Sequence record: MK308675.1
DNA: 64,000 nucleotides
Reading direction: 5' to 3' (one strand)
Shown here piece after piece: positions 1-9,423 of the stretch. The notes beneath the pieces were generated by a model that saw nothing but the letters and a program-made list of their open reading frames with translations, had not been told where the DNA came from and made no database searches. A program made the position numbers and the translations under genes. Numbering within the stretch: position 1 is the stretch's first letter; each line of letters begins with the position of its first letter.

Positions 1-26
1 ACAATGTTTTTAGTTTTAGCGAACAT
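1..26 (-). CDS. 5' end of a CDS running off the window (MFAKTKNI...)
   Basis: ATG at 26 preceded by an AGGAG Shine-Dalgarno on the minus strand; only 8 codons visible. Confidence 0.35.
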
Positions 27-174
27 AGCAGTTCTCCTTTATGCCAAAAGAAAATTATACATACCCCTATCTGCTCGAGCAGATAGGAGGGGGTATGTTT
101 AAAGGATTAATATAAGAGTGAGAGCATAAAGATAATATGGGTTTTACTTTTTCTTGAAAACGTGAAATAGGTAA

Positions 175-198
175 GGATACGAGCCGAAGCCCGTATCC
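175..198 (-). terminator. intrinsic terminator hairpin
   Basis: GGATACGGGC-TTCG-GCTCGTATCC on the minus strand just after the stop at 209. Confidence 0.6.
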
Positions 199-208
199 CT
201 TTTATGCG

Positions 209-508
209 CTAGGCCACAAAGTAGGCAAATACAACAGCCACTATCCCGAGGAATAACTGAAGACCTACAAATGTTGTCTTAACTTCTTCTTTCACCAGAG
301 CATGTTTCAGGAAACTACCCCGAGGTCGCTTGAAGGTAACTGAGTTACCATTGGCACCGTAGTAGTGTTCGATGTTACATGCGTCGCACATAACCTTACG
401 GATAAATGCAACAGGCTTAGGCGCCTTAACGTTAGTGAAGTCAGAAAAAGCTTTTTGTAGTCCCCAGATAAGAAGAGCCGCAAAAGCTAGGATAAGAATA
501 GAGTACAT
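209..508 (-). CDS. hypothetical membrane protein (two predicted TM helices)
   Basis: Start moved to ATG 508 (GGAGG SD); hydrophobic N-terminal (SILILAFAALLIWGL) and C-terminal (FVGLQLFLGIVAVVFAYFVA) segments. Confidence 0.6.
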   Translation of the reverse strand: MYSILILAFAALLIWGLQKAFSDFTNVKAPKPVAFIRKVMCDACNIEHYYGANGNSVTFKRPRGSFLKHALVKEEVKTTFVGLQLFLGIVAVVFAYFVA

Positions 509-530
509 GGTAATTGCCTCCGTAGTGTGA

Positions 531-1337
531 TTACCAGAATGTTGAACTACGTGGGTCAATCAATTGAACTTTCTCCCAGCCCATGGCAGAGCGAATCATA
601 GTTGAAGTAACTAAGTCATCTCCTTCCATGCCGATGCCGTCGAGTAGTTTGGCTTCCTGCTCAGATTTAAATAGAGCAGCCTCACTGATAGCGATAGGTT
701 CATCTTTGTCAGGTGTCCAGATGCCTTCGTTAGAAGCATCGATACCTTCCATAGATGGCGTATCCCATTTGTTTGCTACAGCAATACCGCCATGGTTCAC
801 TTGGTCCCACGTAACGATTAGTTTGATACGTTTATTTGGAACGCCGCCTTCATAAGTAGTAGGGTGCGTTAGAGTACGTATCGAGAAGTCGACATTCTCT
901 TCTGGATTGTCAAACTTCTTCTCTAGTTGAGGACCATATAAGCCAGAGCCCTTAACCCAACCGAACACTTTAATAATGCGATTGCCTTTATCGTCTTTAC
1001 CTTCTTCTAGTCGTACTGACTTGATGTGGTGACCAACGAGTTCATTTGCAACGCGACCTACACGACTAACGAACATGCCGAAAGTCATACCAGGAACAGG
1101 ATAAGGGTGTTCAACCTCACCGTGTAGTTTACCGTTAGCGATTTGTTGCATTAGTCGAGAGCTAGGAGAGAACATAGCTTCAAGTTCTTTAGTGAAGCGG
1201 TAGAACTCGCCTTTCTCAGACATGCAGTTAAATGCACCTAAACAGATTTCACGATAACCATTGGCATCAATGGCCATCTTGCCAACTTTGTTGCGTGTCT
1301 GCAACACAGTGCTTTCATATAGAGCGATAGTAGACAT
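531..1337 (-). CDS. prohead maturation serine protease, phiKZ gp175-like
   Basis: GEVEHP (His motif, cf. T4 gp21 GELNHP) and FSIR (predicted catalytic Ser) motifs; acidic C-terminal tail with SME/GME sites; position next to vRNAP genes matches phiKZ gp175-gp182 order. Confidence 0.85.
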   Translation of the reverse strand: MSTIALYESTVLQTRNKVGKMAIDANGYREICLGAFNCMSEKGEFYRFTKELEAMFSPSSRLMQQIANGKLHGEVEHPYPVPGMTFGMFVSRVGRVANELVGHHIKSVRLEEGKDDKGNRIIKVFGWVKGSGLYGPQLEKKFDNPEENVDFSIRTLTHPTTYEGGVPNKRIKLIVTWDQVNHGGIAVANKWDTPSMEGIDASNEGIWTPDKDEPIAISEAALFKSEQEAKLLDGIGMEGDDLVTSTMIRSAMGWEKVQLIDPRSSTFW

Positions 1338-1340
1338 TGT

Positions 1341-2066
1341 TTACAACCTCAACAGCGATTCTATTTCTTCTGTGGTCTCACTTGGGTTCACTAGGGAAGA
1401 TGCGATACCTGTTTTAAGGTACGAGCCCAATAAGCGAGACGCTGTATTATCAGCACCGAACGCGACACTTCGCAGTGGGATAATGTCAACTTCGGCGTTG
1501 TCGTAATCTTCTTGTGTAGCGAAACCTTCGCGTGCCGGAATAGAGCGGTCTGCCGGGTCACGAATACAAGAAGAGGCAAAGATAGATTGTAGGGACTGAC
1601 CACCACCCAAGTCTACACCTGCAAACTTAGGAGCAGAATAAAACAGTTCAGCGCGAGCACGGTGACCGATATACCAAGGCTGTTTGCCTTTAGCAACGAT
1701 TTCATCGTATACTTCGAACACTAATGTCTTCTTCTGTGCCAAACGATAGTTAGGACAGATAACGCTACCTTTAGTCCAGCTAAGAACATAGTAGCTACCT
1801 TCCTTGACTTTCACGACGCCTACTTCTTCAGGAGTAAAAGGCATGATAGCGTGCACGCGACTTAATGCGTAAGAGCCACCAACAATCCAACCTACGAAAC
1901 AGGCGGCATTGTAACGGCCGTCAATAGTGCCTAACTTACCGTTGAAGTAGTGCTCTGGAATGTGAAGTGAGATATCTTCTTTAGCAATCAGCATGTGGTT
2001 TTCAGTATCCTTGTGGATAGCTGCATGGATTGCTTTAGGGTTATGGGTTAGACTTGAAACGTCCAT
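1341..2066 (-). CDS. virion structural protein, phiKZ gp176-like
   Basis: 241-aa ORF syntenic between the protease and the gp177-like gene. Confidence 0.6.
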   Translation of the reverse strand: MDVSSLTHNPKAIHAAIHKDTENHMLIAKEDISLHIPEHYFNGKLGTIDGRYNAACFVGWIVGGSYALSRVHAIMPFTPEEVGVVKVKEGSYYVLSWTKGSVICPNYRLAQKKTLVFEVYDEIVAKGKQPWYIGHRARAELFYSAPKFAGVDLGGGQSLQSIFASSCIRDPADRSIPAREGFATQEDYDNAEVDIIPLRSVAFGADNTASRLLGSYLKTGIASSLVNPSETTEEIESLLRL

Positions 2067-2089
2067 TACTTTTACCTACAGTTGAAAAA

Positions 2090-2113
2090 CCTCTCTTCCC
2101 GAAAGAAGAGAGG
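2090..2113 (-). terminator. intrinsic terminator hairpin
   Basis: CCTCTCTTC-TTTCGG-GAAGAGAGG followed by TTTTT on the minus strand. Confidence 0.65.
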
Positions 2114-2123
2114 TAAAGTCTTA

Positions 2124-3548
2124 TTACAGTTGAGCAAGGTCGAATTCAGGAGCAGTCGACTTAGTCACGGTCATCTGTGTTCCGGCCCATTGCCCTAATA
2201 GACGAACCATCGCACGAACACCAGCTTGACTACGCGTTAGCGTCTCGTCATCTTCCATGAATGCATCCATGTCGTTCAGTAACTGCAAACAAGCAGAGTT
2301 AGGAACGATTGCTACACAAACAGCTTCACGGACATATTGGCCGATGTCAGCATTTGACTGTAGGGGATGTTTACCGAAGAAACCTTGCGCACGAGCAATA
2401 TAAGTCGGAACTTGGTCTTTCTCAACTTCGCTATGAATGTGGTTATAAAGGCCACGTTCGATTACACCTTTCATCTCTGCTACTGTCGCTAGTCGCTGAC
2501 GAGTACGCGCAGAACTTTCAATACGACGGTATTCCGCTGTATACTTAGAAGGGTCTTTCATTAGCGCTTCAGAAACACCAACAACAGTTTCACGACCAGA
2601 CGCAAGAGCTCCGATTAGTGCTTCAGCTTCACCTTCGCCATCCAACCACTTAGTGTAGTTCTTAGCGTAGACGAAAACTTCTTTGTTGTTAGAACCGTTA
2701 GGAATGATAAACTTACCAGACTTGTTGAACTCCGTTACGTGACGGATTTGGTCAGCTAGACGGTTGCCGAAGTAAGCACGTGCTTTTGCTAACTCTGTAC
2801 GTTCATGTACAGTGATGTCGTTTAGAGAGACGTTAGTGAACGAGTTGTTCAATAGCGCATCTAAGAACAGGAAGTTCAATAGATTGATTGGTGAGTTAAA
2901 CATAGCCGGAGAGTTAGACTCGGGCTGTTCATTGCGCAATAGGATTTCAGATGCAGTAGTGAAACCTAACAGGTTAGCACCTTCGCCCATTGCTTGCTTG
3001 ATACCGGTGTTCCAGACTTCGTTACCGCGCTTAAGTCCTTCGAAAAGAAGGTCGTCAGTTAGACCACCAAGAATCTTAGAGCGTAATGGGCCACTAAGTT
3101 CTACAGGACGGAATGCGCCAACACGATACTTTTCATACATCGTCGCTAGTTCAGGAGATGTGAAAGTAGGAAGAACGGCTACAGAACGGATACCGATGTT
3201 AAGAGGCGAATCGCCTTCAATTGCACGCTTAGCGTTTTCACAATCACCAACGATTGCCCTGACTAGCGGATTAACAACAGTACGTGCCATCTTCAGGTTA
3301 GCGGATGCACGGTTTGCCATAAGTTGAGCTACGCGACGCTTCTCACCGGTGTGAGGGTCAAAACCTACGTTGATAGGCATAGCTGCTTGGCGTACTTGGT
3401 CAACGACAGAATCGTTTTCCATGAATGCGTTTAGAGAAGAATGCACGAGGTCTAAGTGAGTGTTTTGGTTTAGGCTCAACGTGATGTTAGACGCTGCCAA
3501 ACTTGTACCTAGTTGCATCGCGGCTTCTAGTGACTTATCCTTGAACAT
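2124..3548 (-). CDS. virion (head) protein, phiKZ gp177-like
   Basis: 474-aa ORF with GGAG SD, syntenic downstream of vRNAP beta; SLE site near the N-terminus. Confidence 0.55.
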   Translation of the reverse strand: MFKDKSLEAAMQLGTSLAASNITLSLNQNTHLDLVHSSLNAFMENDSVVDQVRQAAMPINVGFDPHTGEKRRVAQLMANRASANLKMARTVVNPLVRAIVGDCENAKRAIEGDSPLNIGIRSVAVLPTFTSPELATMYEKYRVGAFRPVELSGPLRSKILGGLTDDLLFEGLKRGNEVWNTGIKQAMGEGANLLGFTTASEILLRNEQPESNSPAMFNSPINLLNFLFLDALLNNSFTNVSLNDITVHERTELAKARAYFGNRLADQIRHVTEFNKSGKFIIPNGSNNKEVFVYAKNYTKWLDGEGEAEALIGALASGRETVVGVSEALMKDPSKYTAEYRRIESSARTRQRLATVAEMKGVIERGLYNHIHSEVEKDQVPTYIARAQGFFGKHPLQSNADIGQYVREAVCVAIVPNSACLQLLNDMDAFMEDDETLTRSQAGVRAMVRLLGQWAGTQMTVTKSTAPEFDLAQL

Positions 3549-3711
3549 TTGCTTTCTCCGAGATTACGATATGTAGTTCTTGTGAGAAGATTGCTTCCAG
3601 CTCTTTCATGTCAGAGCCATTCAAATCGTTACCCGCAAGTTCTTGAATTGCGTCCGTACAGACATCAATCGCTGTAGCGGCTACAGCAACATTCTGAAGT
3701 GCAGTAGTCAT
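3535..3711 (-). CDS. small hypothetical protein, 58 aa (MTTALQNVAVAATAIDVCTDAIQELAG...)
   Basis: Not in the ORF track; ATG 3711 with GGAG SD, stop TAA 3535-3537 overlapping the start of the next gene. Confidence 0.55.
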   Translation of the reverse strand: MTTALQNVAVAATAIDVCTDAIQELAGNDLNGSDMKELEAIFSQELHIVISEKANVQG

Positions 3712-3815
3712 GTTTATACTCCAGGGTTAGAGCGCCGCTTGTTGCAGCGTTTATTGAAAAGTTTCGATGTGCCCTCTATATAAGGGCTCATCTTATTTGT
3801 CCTTTAAGGAGGGCA

Positions 3816-6356
3816 TTACCCCTCCGAAAAGTACATGTCTACCAACTGCTGGTTCTTCTTACGAACAACGGCGTTGATAACACCTTGTGAAATACATGAG
3901 GTTACGATACGGTTGTTTACAGATTGCGCACCGAAGACTAAGTCGATATCGCGACCATCTTCCGTTCTGTTAATGCCTTCCATGATACGACCGTGTACAG
4001 TTTTAAGCTGATTACTAACAACCGACTTATCGCCGATACCTGATTCGAGTTCGCTATCGATGTAGACCGAAATAACAACCTTACCAGGAATAACTTTCTC
4101 ACCAGCAACGTAAGTAGGCTTACGCAATTCGCCAGTACGGCCAGCAGCGCCGCGATTAAGGTCACGGCTTTCTTCTGCACGGCGAGCATTGTCCGCTTCA
4201 ACGATTGCTCGTAGGGATTCGCTCATGTCGTCTATGTTACCCATGTAGAAAACTTCGATGCGAGTTACAACGCCACCCGTTTTCGCTTTAGGTGTTTGGT
4301 TAGAAAGTTTGCTTAACGCAAGAAGCGAAGCGTCAGTCTGCTCAAGTCCGGTTAGAGTACCTTCCTTGATTGTGCCCAAGATAGTATCGAACTCTACTTC
4401 TTGACCAACCGTTACCAACCCTTCAATCTCTTGGTCGAAGTCCAGGATAATGCCTTTATTCTTAGAGATGCGAGTAGATAGTTTCTTACGGAAGTTCTCA
4501 GAGATAGCCGAACCATCTTCTAACGTATCGTTACCTTCTTTAAGTACAACTGTTGCCAGTGCACCAGAAAGCATAGACACGTTTTCAGGAGCAGTTAGTT
4601 CACGAGCAAAGAAACCGCTGTTCCATGCTAGAACCCAACCTTCTTCAAAAGTACTACCAACAACTTTATCGGTTACATATTCATGCGGAATGAGTTCACC
4701 TGCTACGCTACCGTGTTTAACACCTAAGCGATACCCTTCTTCACGGCCACTTGCGTATTTAACGCGAATGACTTTATCTGTAACCTTAGTTACTTCCCCA
4801 GCTTCTTTCGCACGGTAAACGAAGAACTCAGAAACGCGAGATGCGATAATTGAATCGTAACCAGAACGATAAGGCATTGGGTGAGAACCCGCAGTAGGAA
4901 CAACGGCTGATTGTTGTACCGCACCCAAGTTAGCACGTTTACCGTCATCGCGGTCCATGTCTGGGAACAGAAGTGCCGTAGTAGATAGCAGCGCTGAAGA
5001 ACCATCTTCAGGCGTCCAAGTGCCCGCAGTACCACGTAAGTCGTTGATGCGCGCGTTAGGTGTAGCGAAACCACGGATACCTACTTTCGCAGAGTCCGGA
5101 GTGTGCTCACTAAGGATACCTAAGTCGTTCTCGTGGAATACACGGTTACGTTTAACCAGTGTACGTGCCGAACGTCCGCCTTCACCTGCTAAGGTAATAG
5201 CTTCCTGTTCTTTAAGGTTGTGAACTGGGTTGACTTCACTTACTAGCTGAACAGAACTGTCCGCATTCAGACGGTTACGTAGTTCAGAAGGCATTAGCGT
5301 TATAGCTTCGTTGCGAGAGTTAGGCATACGACGCTGAGCAGCAATTGCTTCATACATCGCCAAGTAAAGAAGACCACTGATACGTTCCATGCCGCGAACG
5401 CGCATGAATTTAGGGTCAGCTTCATCGGGAGCATCGTCTGTCTTAATCAATTCACAACAGCGAATGAACAAGTCAACTAGGTTGTCAGGTTCTTTCATGT
5501 CAGCCAATACTTCTAACGTAATCGGGTCTAGGAACAAATCGTTCATTAGAGTCCAGTTATCAGCATGACCTTTGTTTGCTTTATAGTAAGGCAGTGACAC
5601 TACCCAACCATCGCGACGGTTAAAGTCGGACACGTTAAAGCGACGTGTCATTTCTTCCATGTCTTTTAGGCCAGACCAAATCAAAGATTGCATCGGGTCT
5701 TTAACGTCGACATAGAGACGTTCATCTGCAAACGAGATAACGATTTCATTCTGCAAGGCTTGAACTCGGCGGTCCAAAGGTTCCCAACGGTGACGCACTT
5801 TCAGTTTACGCAATAGCTTATCCAAGCCTAGCGTATAACCTAAGAACATAACCACAGGAATCTTGCGGTTCAATGAACGGAAGATAGCTACGTCAGATGG
5901 AGGAGTCCCCCAACCGCCGCCAGTAAGCTCTAGGATGGAACCACCTGCGCTCTTAGGAACGTTAACGGTGTTATCCATATTCATTGTGATGATGGCACCG
6001 TCGTAAGTACCACAGACAACAGCACCGCTGCGCTCAGCATTGGCAACTGCTTTCTCACCGTAACGCTGCTCACGCTTCTCATATTCGAAGTCGAACTTGT
6101 AAGCACCAGAATCAAAGCCACTGATTTCACTCATGAAAGAAGTGTAGTGACGTGGAAGTGGAACGTTCGGTATTTTGTTTGTACCATAGCGCAGACTAGT
6201 AACGCGGTCGTCGCCGTTGGTTAATGCAGCAGCAGAGAAAGCTTTACGTAACCAACGTCCTTGGTCATGTTTAGCTAGCTCGCTACGGCTAATGAAGACT
6301 TTACCTGCGTAAGAAGTTAGAGCAGCCTGGTTAGGCTTAGTCTTACGGATTGGCAT
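3816..6356 (-). CDS. rpoB: virion RNA polymerase beta subunit, exon 2 (phiKZ gp178-like)
   Basis: PIRK..AALTSYAGK, RANLGAVQQS and GDKSVVSNQLKT motifs of phiKZ-type beta; begins directly after the terminal G of the intron; spliced product 462+846=1308 aa. Confidence 0.9.
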   Translation of the reverse strand: MPIRKTKPNQAALTSYAGKVFISRSELAKHDQGRWLRKAFSAAALTNGDDRVTSLRYGTNKIPNVPLPRHYTSFMSEISGFDSGAYKFDFEYEKREQRYGEKAVANAERSGAVVCGTYDGAIITMNMDNTVNVPKSAGGSILELTGGGWGTPPSDVAIFRSLNRKIPVVMFLGYTLGLDKLLRKLKVRHRWEPLDRRVQALQNEIVISFADERLYVDVKDPMQSLIWSGLKDMEEMTRRFNVSDFNRRDGWVVSLPYYKANKGHADNWTLMNDLFLDPITLEVLADMKEPDNLVDLFIRCCELIKTDDAPDEADPKFMRVRGMERISGLLYLAMYEAIAAQRRMPNSRNEAITLMPSELRNRLNADSSVQLVSEVNPVHNLKEQEAITLAGEGGRSARTLVKRNRVFHENDLGILSEHTPDSAKVGIRGFATPNARINDLRGTAGTWTPEDGSSALLSTTALLFPDMDRDDGKRANLGAVQQSAVVPTAGSHPMPYRSGYDSIIASRVSEFFVYRAKEAGEVTKVTDKVIRVKYASGREEGYRLGVKHGSVAGELIPHEYVTDKVVGSTFEEGWVLAWNSGFFARELTAPENVSMLSGALATVVLKEGNDTLEDGSAISENFRKKLSTRISKNKGIILDFDQEIEGLVTVGQEVEFDTILGTIKEGTLTGLEQTDASLLALSKLSNQTPKAKTGGVVTRIEVFYMGNIDDMSESLRAIVEADNARRAEESRDLNRGAAGRTGELRKPTYVAGEKVIPGKVVISVYIDSELESGIGDKSVVSNQLKTVHGRIMEGINRTEDGRDIDLVFGAQSVNNRIVTSCISQGVINAVVRKKNQQLVDMYFSEG

Positions 6357-7847
6357 CTACTCTCCAACCACGGAGAGCAGGACTATATCATGTCTTTCAT
6401 AATCTGCGAGAGATTAATCAGACCCTACCGTTTCGGCTTGCGCCTACTCTACTCGGTTATTCCCAGTAACATCGCTGTTAAAGGTATCCTTTCGATAGTC
6501 TCTGAACTCATCCCGTATCTTTCGACTTAGGGACTTCGTTGCGTCGGTCACTTCCTCGGCTAGCGTTTTTACCGTGCTTCTCACTTCCATTACTGGGAGA
6601 AGTATTACAGTGCGTTTCTGCCTGTAAGTGGTAGCTAGGGAGTTATAGAAGATTCCCGCAGTTAGGTAGGTTTATAGTGGACATGTCTTGTAAAAAGACT
6701 TTGTATTAAAATGTTTACTAGGTAAGGAACATCACTAACTTACTCAGCAAAGAACTCATCAAGTATTTCATCGACGGTTCGCTTGTCGAAACAACTTATA
6801 GTTAATTGAGATAAACCCATTTCTTTAACCAAAGCTAGTTTCTCTTTATCCCGCTTAACAGTCCCTAGGTGGCCTTCTAAGCCGCCAAAGCGTTCTACGG
6901 GTACAAAGTGTTGTTTACCGTGAAACTCTATCATTAGAGCTTGTTCAGGGACGTAGAAGTCCCAACGGTATTTGTAATCTGGAAATGAGTATTCTGGGAT
7001 ATACTTCTTACCGTTTCTTTCCAACCAAAGCCTAACTTCTCTTTCACCGATGCTTTCTTTGCAGCGAGGACAGCCAGCTTTAGCTTGTATATGTTCAAGG
7101 GGCGTTTTAGTAAACTCGCCATGAATGGGACAGTTAAGAGTAATCTTAACTCTCATTCCTTTATAGTCTATGACGGAATAGTCAAAGGCATCGCCGTGTA
7201 TTTCTTTTGCTTCCCGAACAAAGTCTTCTTTAGGACGCATCATGGTTTCATCTGAACAGCGCTTACAGCCGTAACCCTCTAGGAAAGAACTCACTCTCTT
7301 AGTGAATGGGCCGTGGCTTTTGCATTCAAGCTCAATTACGTCATCGGTATTGCCAAACGTGACGTTGCTAAGGTCATACGTGTCGCCAAACAACTCTTTG
7401 GCTTTCTGTAGGAACGCTTCTGTACTTAAACGCGTTTCTGCCATGGCGCAAATAAAGCACTTGGTGTCGCGCATGTGTTCGGCGGGCCTAGGAAAGAACG
7501 GCCCGTGGTCAGGACAAATGACTTTGACCGGACAGGTAGAATTAATAAACTCTACTTCGCTGTAGTCGTACTTACCCTTATGAATTCTTTTACTTTCCTC
7601 TAGGAAATCGCTAACATGTAAAAGAGCACCAGAACAGTAAGGACAGCCTTTAGACCTAGGCCTGGTTAGGTTACCGGGAATAACATCCCAGTCGCCATGT
7701 TTCTTGCACGTAACTGTGCAAGGGGTCTTGTTGTTTATGTAAACAAGCTTTTCAAAAGTAAACGCGTCCCCATAACGCTCTTTTACTCTTCTTATGAAAG
7801 CTTGCTGTGGTGTGATGTTTTGTTTCATTTTAATACTTAGGATTTTA
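6357..7847 (-). mobile_element. group I intron in vRNAP beta gene (1491 nt)
   Basis: 5' exon ends GTGGAT then TAA; terminal G at 6357 then ATGCCAATCCGT; P AACTGCGGGAA (6653-6663), R GTTCAGAGACTA (6496-6507), S ATGATATAGTC (6381-6391); P3 CCTACC/GGTAGG; IGS GTCCAC (6677-6682) pairs with GTGGAT giving the U.G wobble. Confidence 0.92.
6740..7828 (-). CDS. intron-encoded endonuclease: 4 CxxHG...CxxC zinc-binding repeats plus C-terminal Vsr/DUF559-like PD-(D/E)xK domain
   Basis: Start moved to ATG 7828 (inside intron); repeats CKKHG..CPYC, CPDHG..CFIC, CKSHG..CKRC, CPIHG..CPRC; nuclease motif RWDFYVP..IEFHGKQH. Confidence 0.8.
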   Translation of the reverse strand: MKQNITPQQAFIRRVKERYGDAFTFEKLVYINNKTPCTVTCKKHGDWDVIPGNLTRPRSKGCPYCSGALLHVSDFLEESKRIHKGKYDYSEVEFINSTCPVKVICPDHGPFFPRPAEHMRDTKCFICAMAETRLSTEAFLQKAKELFGDTYDLSNVTFGNTDDVIELECKSHGPFTKRVSSFLEGYGCKRCSDETMMRPKEDFVREAKEIHGDAFDYSVIDYKGMRVKITLNCPIHGEFTKTPLEHIQAKAGCPRCKESIGEREVRLWLERNGKKYIPEYSFPDYKYRWDFYVPEQALMIEFHGKQHFVPVERFGGLEGHLGTVKRDKEKLALVKEMGLSQLTISCFDKRTVDEILDEFFAE

Positions 7848-9233
7848 ATCCACTTTCTGAGCATCCATGGTGTAGCGAACGCCACCCATGGTGAAAGTAC
7901 CATCTTCATGAAAGACAGGAACTTCGATTTCAAACGTAGCTTCTTTACCATCAACTGGAAGAAGAGTGATGCGAAGTAATTGAGTTTCTTCTAATGCATC
8001 CGCTACGATTTCAGATTGGTAATCGCGAAGAATGTAACCGCCTCGGTTAAGAGACAAGAACACGTTCGCAATATCTTTCTGCATTACATCAGAGACATAC
8101 TTGCTACGCATCTTAGCAATGGTAGATTTCCTGGCGTGCTCTGGAACAACGTTATCGCCGATAGGCACTTTAAGGTCGTCGTCGTAAGCGATGTCTTCCT
8201 TAGAGACTTGGGCGTATTGTTGTAGTGGTTGGTCTGAGAAAGGAGAATCGATTCGAGCAATGTTACCGATAGCTTCAGCATAGCGACGTTGCTGTGCTTG
8301 AGTTAGTTGACCTGCTTCAATCTTTTCTTCTAGTTGGCGTTGCAAACCTTCCGGAATAAGTTTACGAGCTTCACTCTCTGAGATAGTAACAGTTTCATTT
8401 TCCATCTCAGCTGCTTCTTCTTCATCAACCGTCAAGGTAAGCATTAGCTTTTCCAGTAGGTCGTGGAACTTAGCAGCAGCACGGTCATCGGTATCTGCGT
8501 GATAGAACAATGTTTCTACCGGCAGGAATACCGCTTTAGTGCCGACAGTAATAACGAAGACAACATCGTCTGCTTCAATCTTACCAACAATTGAATCCAC
8601 GCCGCTCATCGCACGATAGATTTCTAGAACCCATTGCATCGCAGGGTCACGGAAAGCATCACGGTATTGAGCTTGTACTTCTTCAAGGTTAGCTTTGAAT
8701 ACAGCTTCGGTTTGCCAAGTGTTGCCTAAGTGAATCTGAAGGAACTGAGGACGTGTACCGCTGAACAGGTTCATGTTAGCGACAACAGTCTCGGCCATGT
8801 TAGCCCAGTAGTCTTGATAAACCGTCGGAGTCTCACCGTAGCGCGCCATACGAGGTACAAGAGTGTAGTCTGCTACAATCATGTCCTTTTCATCCATAAG
8901 GTCACGCTGGACGTTACGGGTGCGTTTTACGGTAGGAGTGTTAGCGTAGTAGTCTTTAATGTAACGACCGCTAGAGAACTGAACACGACGAACACGGCCA
9001 TGCTTGAATACGCCTTCTTCAATGAAAGAGTGACGGATTCGGTTAGGCCAGTTAACTGCCAGCAGACTGTCAGCTTTAAAGCCTCGGTCTTCAGCTGAAA
9101 GGGCCGAATGGTGAAGGATAGGCTTCTTAGGTAAAGTAATACCAATGAGGTCTACGAGCGGTGCTTGAGATAAGGCAAGATTTTCTCTTGCCCCGTATTC
9201 TCGGATAAATGCGTTTAAATGTAATAAAGACAT
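7848..9233 (-). CDS. rpoB: virion RNA polymerase beta subunit, exon 1
   Basis: 462 codons ending GGVRYTMDAQKVD, joins in frame to MPIRK of exon 2. Confidence 0.85.
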
Positions 9234-9249
9234 TTGTAATCCCTAGTTA

Positions 9250-9423
9250 TTAATCGTCGCCAGTCATGAAATTCAGAACAAGGTCTGACACGTCCGTGGT
9301 GATTGGGTAAGTTAGACCACCCGATGGAGAAAGGTAAGATGAAGAACGGGCTAACATCTCATCGATTTCTTTAACAGCATCGTCACTCGTAACCACGGTA
9401 AACGAAAGCGTATCGCCATCAAA
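9250..9423 (-). CDS. rpoC: virion RNA polymerase beta' subunit, exon 2 (FDGDTLSF...)
   Basis: Starts TTT GAT GGC GAT immediately after the intron terminal G (9424); completes the ADFDGD metal-binding motif. Confidence 0.92.
   Translation of the reverse strand, partial: FDGDTLSFTVVTSDDAVKEIDEMLARSSSYLSPSGGLTYPITTDVSDLVLNFMTGDD

Noticed and set aside
209-508. Two-TM protein as a holin
   Set aside because: The TM segments are separated by a 60-aa soluble region, there is no charged C-terminal tail or dual start, and no endolysin is adjacent
7829-7954. 42-aa N-terminal extension of the Zn-finger endonuclease
   Set aside because: Overlaps beta exon 1 in another frame and has no SD; ATG 7828 is preferred (frameshift use kept only as a hypothesis)
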